Shown here: one piece after another, positions 12,501-24,775 of the stretch
Layout of the letters: each line of letters starts with the position of its first letter
Numbering within the stretch: position 1 is the stretch's first letter
Origin: Eledone cirrhosa
Lineage: Eukaryota
Direction of reading: 5' to 3'
Length of the DNA: 64,000 nt
Assembly (NCBI GenBank): GCA_964016885.1
Contig: OZ024740.1
Location: 13,454,001-13,518,000, forward strand
Made by a program: the position numbers and the translations under genes
The notes under the pieces: generated by a model
What the model was told of the DNA's origin: nothing
What the model saw: only the letters and a program-made list of their open reading frames with translations
Database searches by the model: none

Positions 12501-15500
12501 AGAATTGTGTTTCTGGAAGTCAGACTGGTGTTCTGGTAGTCAGACTGCTGTTCTGGTAGTCAGAATTGTGTTCTGGTAGTCAGAATGGTGTTCTGGTAGT
12601 CAGACTGCTGTTCTGGTAGTCAGAATAGTGTTCTGCTAGTCAGAATGGTGTTCTGGTAGTCAGAATGTTGTTCTGGTAGTCAGACTGGTGTTCTGTTAGT
12701 CAGAATGGTGTTCTGGTAGTCAGCCTGATGTTCTGGTAGTCAGAATGGTATTCTGGTAGTCAGACTGGTGTTCTGGTAGTCAGACTGGTGTTCTGGTAGT
12801 CAGACTGGTGTTCCGGTAGTCAGACTGGTGTTCTGGTAGTCAGAATGGGGTTCTGGTAGTCAGACTGATGTTCTGGTAGTCAGAATTGTGCTCTGGTAAT
12901 CAGAATGGTGTTCTAGTATTCAGAATGGTGTTCTGCTAGTCGGAATGGTGTTCTGGTAGTCAGAATGGTGTTCTGGTAGTCAGAATCGTGTTCTGGTAGT
13001 CAGACTGATGTTCTGGTAGTCAGAATGGTGTTCTGGTAGTCAGACTGGTGTTCTGGTAGTCAGACTGGTGTTCTGGTAGTCAGAATGGTGTTCTGGTAGT
13101 CAGAATGGTGTTCTGGTAGTCAGACTGATGTTCTGGTAGTCAGAATTGTGTTCTGGCAGTCAGAATGGTGTTCTAATAGTCAGAATGGTGTTCTGGTAGT
13201 CAGAATGGTGTTCTGGTAGTCAGAATGTTGTTCTGGTAGTCAGAATCGTGTTCTGGTAGTCAGAATGGTGTTCTGGTAGTCAGAATGGTGTTCTGGTAGT
13301 CAGAATGGTGTTCTGGTAGTCAGACTGATGTTCTGGTAGTCAGAATGGTGTTCTGGTAGTCGGAATCGTGTTCTGGTAGTCAGAATCGTGTTCTGGTAGT
13401 CAGAATGGTGTTCTGGTAGTCAGACTGGTGTTCTGGTAGTCAGACTGGTGTTCTGGTAGTCAGAATGGTGTTCTGGTAGTCAGAATGGTGTTCTGGTAGT
13501 CAGACTGATGTTCTGGTAGTCAGAATTGTGTTCTGGCAGTCAGAATGGTGTTCTAATAGTCAGAATGGTGTTCTGGTAGTCAGAATGGTGTTCTGGTAGT
13601 CAGAATGTTGTTCTGGTAGTCAGAATCGTGTTCTGGTAGTCAGAATGGTGTTCTGGTAGTCAGAATGGTGTTCTGGTAGTCAGACTGATGTTCTGGTAGT
13701 CAGAATGGTGTTCTGGTAGTCCGAATAGTGTCCTGGTAGTCAGAATCGTGTTCTGGTAGTCAGAATGGTGTTCTGTTAGTCAGGATGGTGTTGTGGTAGT
13801 CAAAATGGTGTTTTGGTAGTCAGAATGGTGTTCTGGTAGTCAGAATGGTGTTCTGGTAGTCAGACTGGTGTTCTGGTAGTCAGACTGGTGTTCTGGTAGT
13901 CAGAATTGTGTTCTGGTAGTCAGAATGGTGTTCTGGTAGTCAGACTGCTGTTCTGGTAGTCAGAATAGTGTTCTGGTAGTCAGAATGGTGTTCTGGTAGT
14001 CAGAATGTTGTTCTGGTAGTCAGACTGGTGTTCTGTTAGTCACAATGGTGTTCTGGTAGTCAGCCTGATGTTCTGGTAGTCATAATGGTATTCTGGTAGT
14101 CAGACTGGTGTTCTGTTAGTCAGACTGGTGTTCTGGTAGTCAGACTGATGTTCTGGTAGTCAGAATGGTATTCTGGTAGTCAGAATGGTGTTCTGGTAGT
14201 CAGGATGGTGTTGTGGTAGTCAAAATGGAGTTTTGGTAGTCAGAATGGTGTTCTGGTAGTCAGAATGGTGTTCTGGTAGTCAGACTGGTGTTCTGGTAGT
14301 CAGACTGGTGTTCTGGTAGTCAGAATTGTGTTCTGGTAGTCAGAATGGTGTTCTGGTAGTCAGACTGCTGTTCTGGTAGTCAGAATAGTGTTCTGGTAGT
14401 CAGAATGGTGTTCTGGTAGTCAGAATGTTGTTCTGGTAGTCAGACTGGTGTTCTGTTAGTCAGAATGGTGTTCTGGTAGTCAGCCTGATGTTCTGGTAGT
14501 CATAATGGTATTCTGGTAGTCAGACTGGTGTTCTGTTAGTCAGACTGGTGTTCTGGTAGTCAGACTGATGTTCTGGTAGTCAGAATGGTATTCTGGTAGT
14601 CAGAATGGTGTTCTGGTAGTCAAAATGGTGTTCTGGTAGTCAGAATGGTGTTCCGGTAGTCAGAATGGTATTCTGGTAGTCTGACTGGTGTTCTGGTAGT
14701 CAGAATTGTGTTCTGGTAGTAAGCCTGATGTTCTGGTAGTCAGACTGGTGTTCTGGTAGTCAGAATGGTATTCTGCTAGTCAGACTGGTGTTCTGGTAGT
14801 CAGACTGGTGTTCTGGTAGTCAGAATTGTGTTCTGGTAGTCAGACTGGTGTTCTGGTAGTCAGACTGCTGTTCTGGTAGTCAGAATAGTGTTCTGGTAGT
14901 CAGAATTGTGTTCTGGTAGTCAGCCTGATGTTCTGGTAGTCAGACTGGTGTTCTGGTAGTCAGAATTGTGTTCTGGTAGTCAGACTGGTGTTCTGGTAGT
15001 CAGACTGCTGTTCTGGTAGTCAGAATAGTGTTCTGGTAGTCAGAATGGTGTTCTGGTAGTCAGAGTGGTGTTCTGGTAGTCAGACTGGTGTTCTGGTAGT
15101 CAGACTGCTGTTGTGGTAGTCAGAATAGTGTTCTGGTAGTCAGAATGGTGTTCTGGTAGTCAGAATGTTGTTCTGGTAGTCAGACTGGTGTTCTGTTAGT
15201 CAGAATGGTGTTCTGGTAGTCAGCCTGATGTTCTGGTAGTCAGAATGGTATTCTGGTAGTCAGACTGGTGTTCTGGTAGTCAGACTGGTGTTCTGGTAGT
15301 CAGACTGGTGTTCTGGTAGTCAGACTGGTGTTCTGGTAGTCAGAATGGTGTTCTGGTAGTCAGAATGGTGTTCTGGTAGTCAGACTGATGTTCTGGTAGT
15401 CAGAATTGTGTTCTGGCAGTCAGAATGGTGTTCTAATAGTCAGAATGGTGTTCTGGTAGTCAGAATGGTGTTCTGGTAGTCAGAATGTTGTTCTGGTAGT

Positions 15501-16200
15501 CAGAATCGTGTTCTGGTAGTCAGAATGGTGTTCTGGTAGTCAGAATGGTGTTCTGGTAGTCAGACTGGTGTTCTGGTAGTCAGACTGGTGTTCTGGTAGT
15601 CAGAATTGTGTTTCTGGAAGTCAGACTGGTGTTCTGGTAGTCAGACTGCTGTTCTGGTAGTCAGAATTGTGTTCTGGTAGTCAGAATGGTGTTCTGGTAG
15701 TCAGACTGATGTTCTGGTAGTCAGAATAGTGTTCTGCTAGTCAGAATGGTGTTCTGGTAGTCAGAATGTTGTTCTGGTAGTCAGACTGGTGTTCTGTTAG
15801 TCAGAATGGTGTTCTGGTAGTCAGCCTGATGTTCTGGTAGTCAGAATGGTATTCTGGTAGTCAGACTGGTGTTCTGGTAGTCAGACTGGTGTTCTGGTAG
15901 TCAGACTGGTGTTCCGGTAGTCAGACTGGTGTTCTGGTAGTCAGAATGGGGTTCTGGTAGTCAGACTGATGTTCTGGTAGTCAGAATTGTGCTCTGGTAA
16001 TCAGAATGGTGTTCTAGTAGTCAGAATGGTGTTCTGCTAGTCGGAATGGTGTTCTGGTAGTCAGAATGGTGTTCTGGTAGTCAGAATCGTGTTCTGGTAG
16101 TCAGAATCGTGTTCTGGTAGTCAGAATGGTGTTCTGGTAGTCAGACTGGTGTTCTGGTAGTCAGACTGGTGTTCTGGTAGTCAGAATGGTGTTCTGGTAG
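541..16200. repeat. Domain A1: homogeneous higher-order-repeat region
   Basis: The 21-bp marker monomer (TTGTGTTTCTGGAAG) is at 561, 2902, 5563, 8364, 12505 and 15606. Each is followed by the same ordered variants (TTCCGG, ATGGGG, TGCTCTGGTAAT, GCTAGTCGG). The only indel seen is the +1 of the marker. Confidence 0.85.
6961..15360. repeat. ~4.14-kb tandem duplication within A1
   Basis: Constant offset of 4141: GGATGG 6961/11102, AGAGTGG 7820/11961, marker 8364/12505, ACAATGG 9901/14042. The offset becomes 4261 (AGAGTGG 10801/15062) after a 6-monomer difference near 10540. Confidence 0.8.
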
Positions 16201-19200
16201 TCAGAATGGTGTTCTGGTAGTTAGACTGGTGTTCTGGTAGTCGGACTGGTGTTCTGGTAGTCAGAATTGTGTTCTGGTAGTCAGACTGGTGTTCTGGTAG
16301 TCAGACTGCTGTTCTGGTAGTCAGAATAGTGTTCTGGTAGTCAGAATGGTGTTCTGGTAGTCAGAATTTTGTTCTGGTAGTCACACTGGTGTTCTGTTTG
16401 TCAGAATGGTGTTCTGGTAGTCAGCCTGATGTTCTGGTAGTCAGAATGGTATTCTGGTAGTCAGACTGGTGTTCTGGTAGTCAGACTGGTGTTCTGGTAG
16501 TCAGACTGATGTTCTGGTTGTCAGAATTGTGCTCTGGTAGTCAGAATGGTGTTCTAGTAGTCAGAATGGTGTTCTGCTAGTCAGAATAGTGTTCTGGTTG
16601 TCAGAATGGTGTTCTGGTAGTCAGAATGGTGTTCTGGTAGTCAGAATGGTGTTCTGGTAGTCAGAATGGTGTTCTGGTAGTCAGAATGGTGTTCTGGTAG
16701 TCAGAATGGTGTTCTGGTAGTCAGAATGGTGTTTTAGTAGTCAGAATGGTGTTCTGGTAGTCAGACTGATGTTCTGGTAGTCAGAATTGTGTTCTGGTAG
16801 TCAGAATGGTGTTCTAATAGTCAGAATGGTGTTCTGGTAGTCAGAATGGTGTTCTGGTAGTCAGAATGTTGTTCTGGTAGTCAGAATCGTGTTCTGGTAG
16901 TCAGAATGGTGTTCTGGTAGTCAGAATGGTGTTCTGGTAGTCAGAATGGTGTTCTGGTAGTCAGACTTATGTTCTGGTAGTCAGAATTGTGTTCTGGTAG
17001 TCAGAATGGTGTTCTAATAGTCAGAATGGTGTTCTGGTAGTCAGAATGGTACTCTGGTAGTCAGAATGGTGTTCTGGTATTCAGAATGGTGTTCTGGTAG
17101 TCAGAATGGTGTTCTGGTAGTCAAAATGGTGTTCTGGTAGTCAGAATGGTGTTCTGGTAGTCAGAATGGTGTTCTGGTAGTCAGAATGGTGTTCTGGTAG
17201 TCAAAATGGTGTTCTGGTAGTCAGAATGGTGTTCTGGCAGTCAAAATGGTGTTCTGCTAGTCAAAGTGGTGTTCTGGTAGTCAGAATGGTGTTCTGGTAG
17301 TCAGAATGGTGTTCTGGTAGTCAGAATGGTGTTCTGGCAGTCAAAATGGTGTTCTGGTAGTCAAAGTGGTGTTCTGGTAGTCAGAATGGTGTTCTGGTAG
17401 TCAGAATGGTGTTCTGGTAGTCAGAATGGTGTTCTGGTAGTCATATTGGTGTTATGGTAGTCAGCCTGATGTTCTGGTAGTCAGACTGGTGTTCTGGTAG
17501 TCATATTGGTGTTCTGGTCGTCAGCCTGATGTTCTGGTAGACAGACTGGTGTTCTGGTAGTCAGACTGGTGTTCTGGTAGTCAGAATAGTGTTCTGGTAG
17601 TCAGCCTGATGTTCTGGTAGATAGACTGGTGTTCTGGTAGTCAGAATGGTGTTCTGGTAGTCAGCCTGATGTTCTGGTAGACAGACTGGTGTTCTGGTAG
17701 TCAGACTGGTGTTCTGGTAGTCAGCGCGATGTTCTGGTAGACAGACTGGTGTTCTGGTAGTCAGCCTGATGTTCAGGTAGTCAGAATGGTGTTCTGGTAG
17801 TCAGCCTGATGTTCTGGTAGTCAGAATGGTGTTCTGGTAGTCAGCCTGATGTTCTGGTAGACAAACTGGTGTTCTGGTAGTCAGAATGGTGTTCTGTTAG
17901 TCAGCCTGATGTTCTGGTAGTCAGCCTGATGTTCTGGTAGTCAGACTGGTGTTCTGGTAGTCAGACTGGTATTCTGGTAGTCAGACTGGTGTTCTGGTAG
18001 TCAGACTGGTGTTCTGGTAGTCAGGATTGTGTTCTGGTAGTCAGCCTGATGTTCTGGTAGTCAGACTGGTGTTCTGGTAGTCAGAATGGTATTCTGGTAG
18101 TCAGACTGGTGTTCTGGTAGTCAGACTGGTGTTCTGGTAGTCAGAATTGTGTTCTGGTAGTCAGACTGGTGTTCTGGTAGTCAGACTGCTGTTCTGGTAG
18201 TCAGAATAGTGTTCTGGTAGTCAGAATGGTGTTCTGGTAGTCAGACTGGTGTTCTGGTAGTCAGACTGGTGTTCTGGTAGTCAGAATTGTGTTCTGGTAG
18301 TCAGACTGGTGTTTTGGTAGTCAGACTGCTGTTCTGGTAGTCAGAATAGTGTTCTGGTAGTCAGAATGGTGTTCTAGTAGTCAGAATGTTGTTCTGGTAG
18401 TCAGACTGGTGTTCTGTTAGTCAGAATGGTGTTCTGGTAGTCAGCCTGATGTTCTGGTAGTCAAAATGGTATTCTGGTAGTCAGACTGGTGTTCTGGTAG
18501 TCAGACTGGTGTTCTGGTAGTCAGACTGATGTTCTGGTAGTCAGACTGGTGTTCTGGTAGTCAGAATGGAGTTCTGGTAGTTAGACTGATGTTCTGATAG
18601 TCAGAATTGTGCTCTGGTAGTCAGAATGGTGTTCTAGTAGTCAGAATGGTGTTCTGCTAGTCAGAATGGTGTTCTGGTAGTCAGAATGGAGGTCTGGTAG
18701 TCAGAATCGTGTTCTGGTAGTCAGAATGGTGTTCTGGTAGTCAAAATGGTGTTCTGTTTGTCAGAATGGTGTTCTGGTAGTCAGCCTGATGTTCTGGTAG
18801 TCAGAATGGTATTCTGGTAGTCAGACTGGTGTTCTGGTAGTCAGACTGGTGTTCTGGTAGTCAGACTGATGTTCCGGTAGTCAGAATGGTGTTCTAGTAT
18901 TCAGAATGGTGTTCTGCTAGTCAGAATGGTGTTCTGGTAGTCAGAATGGTGTTCTGGTAGTCAGAATCGTGTTCTGGTAGTCAGAATGGTGTTCTGGTAG
19001 TCAGAATGGTGTTCTGGTAGTCAGAATGGTGTTCTGGTAGTCAGACTGGTGTTTTGGTAGTCAGAATGGTGTTCTGGTAGTCAGAATGGTGTTCTGGTAG
19101 TCAGACTGATGTTCTGCTAGTCAGAATTGTGTTCTGGTAGTCAGAATGGTGTTCTAATAGTCAGAATGGTGTTCTGGTAGTCAGAATGGTTTTCTGGTAG

Positions 19201-22200
19201 TCAGAATGTTGTTCTGGTAGTCAGAATGGTGTTCTGGTAGTCAGAATGGTGTTCTGGTAGTCAGAATGGTGTTCTGGTAGTCAGAATGGTGTTCTGGTAG
19301 TCAGACTTATGTTCTGGTAGTCAGAATTGTGTTCTGGTAGTCAGAATGGTGTTCTAATAGTCAGAACGTTGTTCTGGTAGTCAGAATGGTACTCTGGTAG
19401 TCAGAATGGTGTTCTGGTATTCAGAATGGTGTTCTGGTAGTCAAAATGGTGTTCTGGTAGTCAAAATGGTGTTCTGGTAGTCAGAATGGTGTTCTGGTAG
19501 TCAGAATGGTGTTCTGGTAGTCAGAATGGTGTTCTGATAGTCAAAATGGTGTTCTGGTAGTCAAAATGGTGTTCTGGTAGTCAGACTGGTGTTCTGGTAG
19601 TCAGACTGGTGTTCTAGTAGTCATAATGGTGTTCTGGTAGTCACAATGGTGTTCTGGTAGTCAGAATGGTGTTCTGGTAGTCAGAATGGTGTTCTGGCAG
19701 TCAAAATGGTGTTCTGGTAGTCAAAGTGGTGTTCTGGTAGTCAGAATGGTGTTCTGGTAGTCAGAATGGTGTTCTGGTAGTCAGAATGGTGTTCTGGTAG
19801 TCATATTGGTGTTATGGTAGTCAGCCTGATGTTCTGGTAGTCAGACTGGTGTTGTGGTAGTCATATTGGTGTTCTGGTCGTCAGCCTGATGTTCTGGTAG
19901 ACAGACTGGTGTTCTGGTAGTCAGACTGGTGTTCTGGTAGTCAGAATGGTGTTCTGGTAGTCAGCCTGATGTTCTGGTAGATAGACTGGTGTTCTGGTAG
20001 TCAGAATGGTGTTCTGGTAGTCAGCCTGATGTTCTGGTAGACAGACTGGTGTTCTGGTAGTCAGACTGCTGTTCTGGTAGTCAGCCTGATGTTCTGGTAG
20101 ACAGACTGGTGTTCTGGTAGTCAGCCTGATGTTCTGGTAGTCAGAATGGTGTTCTGGTAGTCAGCCTGATGTTCTGGTAGACAAACTGGTGTTCTGGTAG
20201 TCAGAATGGTGTTCTGTTAGTCAGCCTGATGTTCTGGTAGACAGACTGGTGTTCCGGTAGTCAGACTGGTGTTCTGGTAGTCAGCCTGATGTTCTGGTAG
20301 AAAGTCTAGTGTTCTGGTAGTCAGCCTGATGTTCTGGTAGTCATATTGGTGTTCTGGTAATCAGCCTGATGTTCTGGTAGTCAGAATGGTATTCTGGTAG
20401 TCAGACTGGTGTTCTGATAGTCAGAATGGTGTTCTGGTAGTCAGCCTGATGTTCTGGTAGTCAGACTGGTGTTCTGGTAGTCAGAATGGTATTCTGGTAG
20501 TCAGACTGGTGTTCTGGTAGTCAGAATTGTGTTCTGGTAGTCAGCCTGATGTTCTGGTAGTCAGACTGGTGTTCTGGTAGTCAGAATGGTATTCTGGTAG
20601 TCAGACTGGTGTTCTGGTAGTCAGACTGGTGTTCTGGTAGTCAGAATTGTGTTCTGGTAGTCAGACTGGTGTTCTGGTAGTCAGACTGCTGTTCTGGTAG
20701 TCAGAATAGTGTTCTGGTAGTCAGAATGGTGTTCTGGTAGTCAGACTGGTGTTCTGGTAGTCAGACTGGTGTTCTGGTAGTCAGAATTGTGTTCTGGTAG
20801 TCAGACTGGTGTTTTGGTAGTCAGACTGCTGTTCTGGTAGTCAGAATAGTGTTCTGGTAGTCAGAATGGTGTTCTGGTAGTCAGAATGTTGTTCTGGTAG
20901 TCAGACTGGTGTTCTGGTAGTCAGACTGCTATTCTGGTAGTCAGACTGGTGTTCTGGTAGTCAGACTTGTTCTGGTAGTCAGACTAGTGTTCTGGTAGTC
21001 AGACTGGTGTTCTGGTAGTCAGACTGATGTTCTGGTAGTCAGAATGGTGTTCTGGTAGTCAGACTGGAGTTTTGGTATTCAGACTGGTGTTCTGGTAGAC
21101 AGACTAGTGTTCTGGTAGTCAGACTGGTATTCTGGTAGTCAGACTGGTCTTCTGGTAGTCAGACTTCTTCTGATAGTCAGGATGGTGTTCTGGTAGTCAA
21201 AATGGTGTTTTGGTACTCAGAATGGTGTTCTGTTAGTCAGGATGGTGTTCTGGTAGTCAAAATGGTGTTTTGGTACTCAGAATGGTGTTCTGGTAGTCAG
21301 AATCGTGTTCTGGTAGTCAGAATGGTGTTCTGGTAGTCAGAATGGTGTTCTGGTAGACAGGATGGTGTTCTGGTAGTCAGAATGGTGTTCTGGTAGACAG
21401 ACTGGTGTTCTGGTAGTCAGACTGGTATTCTGGTAGTCAGACTGGTCTTCTGGTAGTCAGAGTTCTTCTGATAGTCAGACTGGTGTTCTGGTAGTCAGAA
21501 TGGTTCTGTTAGTCAGAATGGTGTTCTGGTAGTCGGACTGGTGTTCTGGTAGTCAGAATGGTGTTCTGGTAGTCAGGCTGGAGTTTTGGTATTCAGACTG
21601 GTGTTCTGGTAGTCAGATTGGTGTTCTGGTAGTCAGAATGGTTCTGGTAGTCAGAATGGTGTTCTGGTAGTGAGAATGGTTCTGGTAGTCAGAATGGTTC
21701 TGGTAGTCAGAATGGTGTTCTGGTAGTCAGCCTGATGTTCTGGTCGACAGACTGGTGTTCTGGTAGTCAGACTGGTGTTCGGGTAGTCAGCCTGATGTTC
21801 TGGTAGACAGACTGGTGTTCTGGTAGTCAGCCTGATGTTCTGGTAGTCATATTGGTGTTCTGGTAGTCAGCCTGATGTTCTGGTAGTCAGAATGGTATTC
21901 TGGTAGTCAGACTGGTGTTCTGATAGTCAGAATGGTGTTCTCGTAGTCAGAATGGTGTTCTGGTAGTCAGACTGGTGTCCTGGTAGTCAGAATGGTGTTC
22001 TGATAGTCAGCCTGATGTTCTGGTAGTCAAACTGGTGTTCTGGTAGTCAGAATGGTATTCTGGTAGTCAGACTGGTGTTCTGGTAGTCAGACTGGTGTTC
22101 TGGTAGTCAGACTGGTGTTCTGGTAGTCAGACTGGTGTTCTGGTAGTCAGACTGCTGTTCTGGTAGTCAGAATAGTGTTCTGGTAGTCAGAATGGTGTTC

Positions 22201-24775
22201 TGGTAGTTAGACTGGTGTTCTGGTAGTCAGACTGGTGTTCTGGTAGTCAGAATTGTGTTCTGGTAGTCAGACTGGTGTTCTGGTAGTCAGACTGCTGTTC
22301 TGGTAGTCAGAATAGTGTTCTGGTAGTCAGAATGGTGTTCTGGTAGTCAGAATGTTGTTCTGGTAGTCAGACTGGTGTTCTGTTAGTCAGAATGGTGTTC
22401 TGGTAGTCAGCCTGATGTTCTGGTAGTCAGAATGGTATTCTGGTAGTCAGACTGGTGTTCTGGTAGTCAGACTGGTGTTCTGGTAGTCAGACTGGTGTTC
22501 TGGTAGTCAGACTGGTGTTCTGGTAGTCAGAATGGTGTTCTGGTAGTCAGACTGATGTTCTGGTAGTCAGAATTGTCCTCTGGTAGTCAGAATGGTGTTC
22601 TGGTAGTCAGACTGCTGTTCTAGTAGTCAGAATGGTGTTCTGCTAGTCAGAATGGTGTTCTGGTAGTCAGCCTGGTGTTCTAGTAGTCAGAATGGTGTTC
22701 TGGTAGTCAGAATGGTGTTCTGGTAGTCAGAATGGTGTTCTGGTAGTCAGAATGGTGTTCTGGTAGTCAGACTGGTGTTTTGGTAGTCAGAATGGTGTTC
22801 TGGTAGTCAGAATGGTGTTCTGGTAGTCAGACTGATGTTCTGGTAGTCAGAATTGTGTTCTGGTAGTCAGAATGGTGTTCTAATAGTAAGAATGGTGTTC
22901 TGGTAGTCAGAATGGTGTTCTGGTAGTCAGAATGTTGTTCTGGTAGTCAGAATCGTGTTCTGGTAGTCAGAATGGTGTTCTGGTAGTCAGAATGGTGTTC
23001 TGGTAGTCAGAATGGTGTTCTGGTAGTCAGACTTCTGTTCTGGTAGTCAGAATTGTGTTCTGGTAGTCAGAATGGTGTTCTAATAGTCAGAATGGTGTTC
23101 TGGTAGTCAGAATGGTGTTCTGGTAGTCAGAATGGTGTTCTGGTATTCAGAATGGTGTTCTGGTAGTCAAAATGGTGTTCTGGTAGTCAGCCTGGTGTTC
23201 TGGTAGTCAGAATTGTGTTCTGGTAGTCAGACTGCTGTTCTGGTAGTCAGAATAGTGTTCTGGTAGTCAGAATGGTGTTCTGGTAGTCAGACTGGTCTTC
23301 TGGTAGTCAGACTGGTGTTCTGGTAGTCAGTGCTGTGTTCTGGTAGTCAGAATGGTGTTCTGGTATTCAGAATGGTGTTCTGGTAGTCAGAATGGTGTTC
23401 TGGTAGTCAGAATGGTGTTCTGGTAGTCGAAATGGTGTTCTGGTAGTCAGACTGGTGTTCTGGTAGTCAGACTGGTGTTCTAGTAGTCATAATGGTGTTC
23501 TGGTAGTCAGAATTGTGTTCTGGTAGTCAGAATGGTGTTCTGGTAGTCAGAATGGTGTTCTGGTAGTCAAAATGGTGTTCTGGTAGTCAGAATGGTGTTC
23601 TGGTAGTCAGAATGGTGTTCTGGTAGTCAGAATGTTGTTCTGGTAGTCAGAATGGTGTTCTGGTAGTCAGAATGGTGTTCTGGTAGTCAGAATGGTCTTC
23701 TGGTAGTCAGAATGTTGTTCTGGTAGTCAGACTGGTGTTCTGGTAGTCAGAATGGTGTTCTGGTAGTCAGCCTGGTGTTCTGGTAGTCAGACTGCTATTC
23801 TGGTAGTCAGACTGGTGTTCTGGTAGTCAGACTTGTTCTGGTAGTCAGACTAGTGTTCTGGTAGTCAGACTGGTGTTCTGGTAGTCAGAATGGTGTTCTG
23901 GTAGTCAGAATGGTTCTGGTAGTCAGAATGGTTCTGGTAGTCAGAATGGTTCTGGTAGTCAGAATGGTGTTCTGGCAGTCAGAATGGTGTTCTGGTAGTC
24001 AGAATGGTGTTCTGGTAGTCAGACTGGTGCTATGGTAGTCAGAATTTTGTTCTGGTAGTCAGAATGGTGTTCTGGTAGTCAGAATGGTGTTCTGGTAGTC
24101 AGAATGGTGTTCTGGTAGTCAGAATGGTTCTGTTAGTGAGAATGGTGTTCTGGTAGTCAGAATGGTGTTCTGGTAGTCAGAATGGTGTTCTGGTTGTCAG
24201 AATGGTGTTGTGGTAGTCAGAATGGTGTTCTGGTAGTCAGAATGATTCTGGTAGTCAGAATGGTTCTGGTAGTCAGAATGGTGTTCTGGTAGTCAGAATG
24301 GTGTTCTGGTAGTCAGAATGGTTCTGGTAGTCAGAATGGTTCTGGTAGTCAGAATGGTGTTCTGGTAGTCAGAATGGTGTTGTGGTAGTCAGAATGGTGT
24401 TCTGGTAGTCATATTGGTGTTCTGGTAGTCAGCCAAAAGTTCTGTTAGTCAGACTGGTCTTCTTGTAGTCATATTGGTGTTCTGGTAGTCAGCCTGATGT
24501 TCTGGTAGACAGACTGCTGTTCTGGTAGTCAGACTGGTGTTCTGGTAGTCAGAATGGTGTTCTGGTAGTCAGCCTGATGTTCTGGTAGATAGACTGGTGT
24601 TCTGGTAGTCAGAATGGTGTTCTGGTAGTCAGCCTGATGTTCTGGTAGACAGACTGGTGTTCGGGTAGTCAGACTGGTGTTCTGGTAGTCAGCCTGATGT
24701 TCTGGTAGACAGTCTGGTGTTCTGGTAGTGAGAATGGTATTCTGGTAGTCAGACTGGTGTTCTGGTAGTCAGACT
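16200..24775. repeat. Domain B1: divergent region with 18-bp monomers and its own variant set
   Basis: Lacks the 21-bp marker. Contains CATATTGGTG, TAGACAGAC, ACTTCTTCTGATAG, GGAGTTTTGGTATTC, CAGCCAAAAG and 2-bp-deleted monomers (AGAATGGTTCTGG). Confidence 0.8.
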
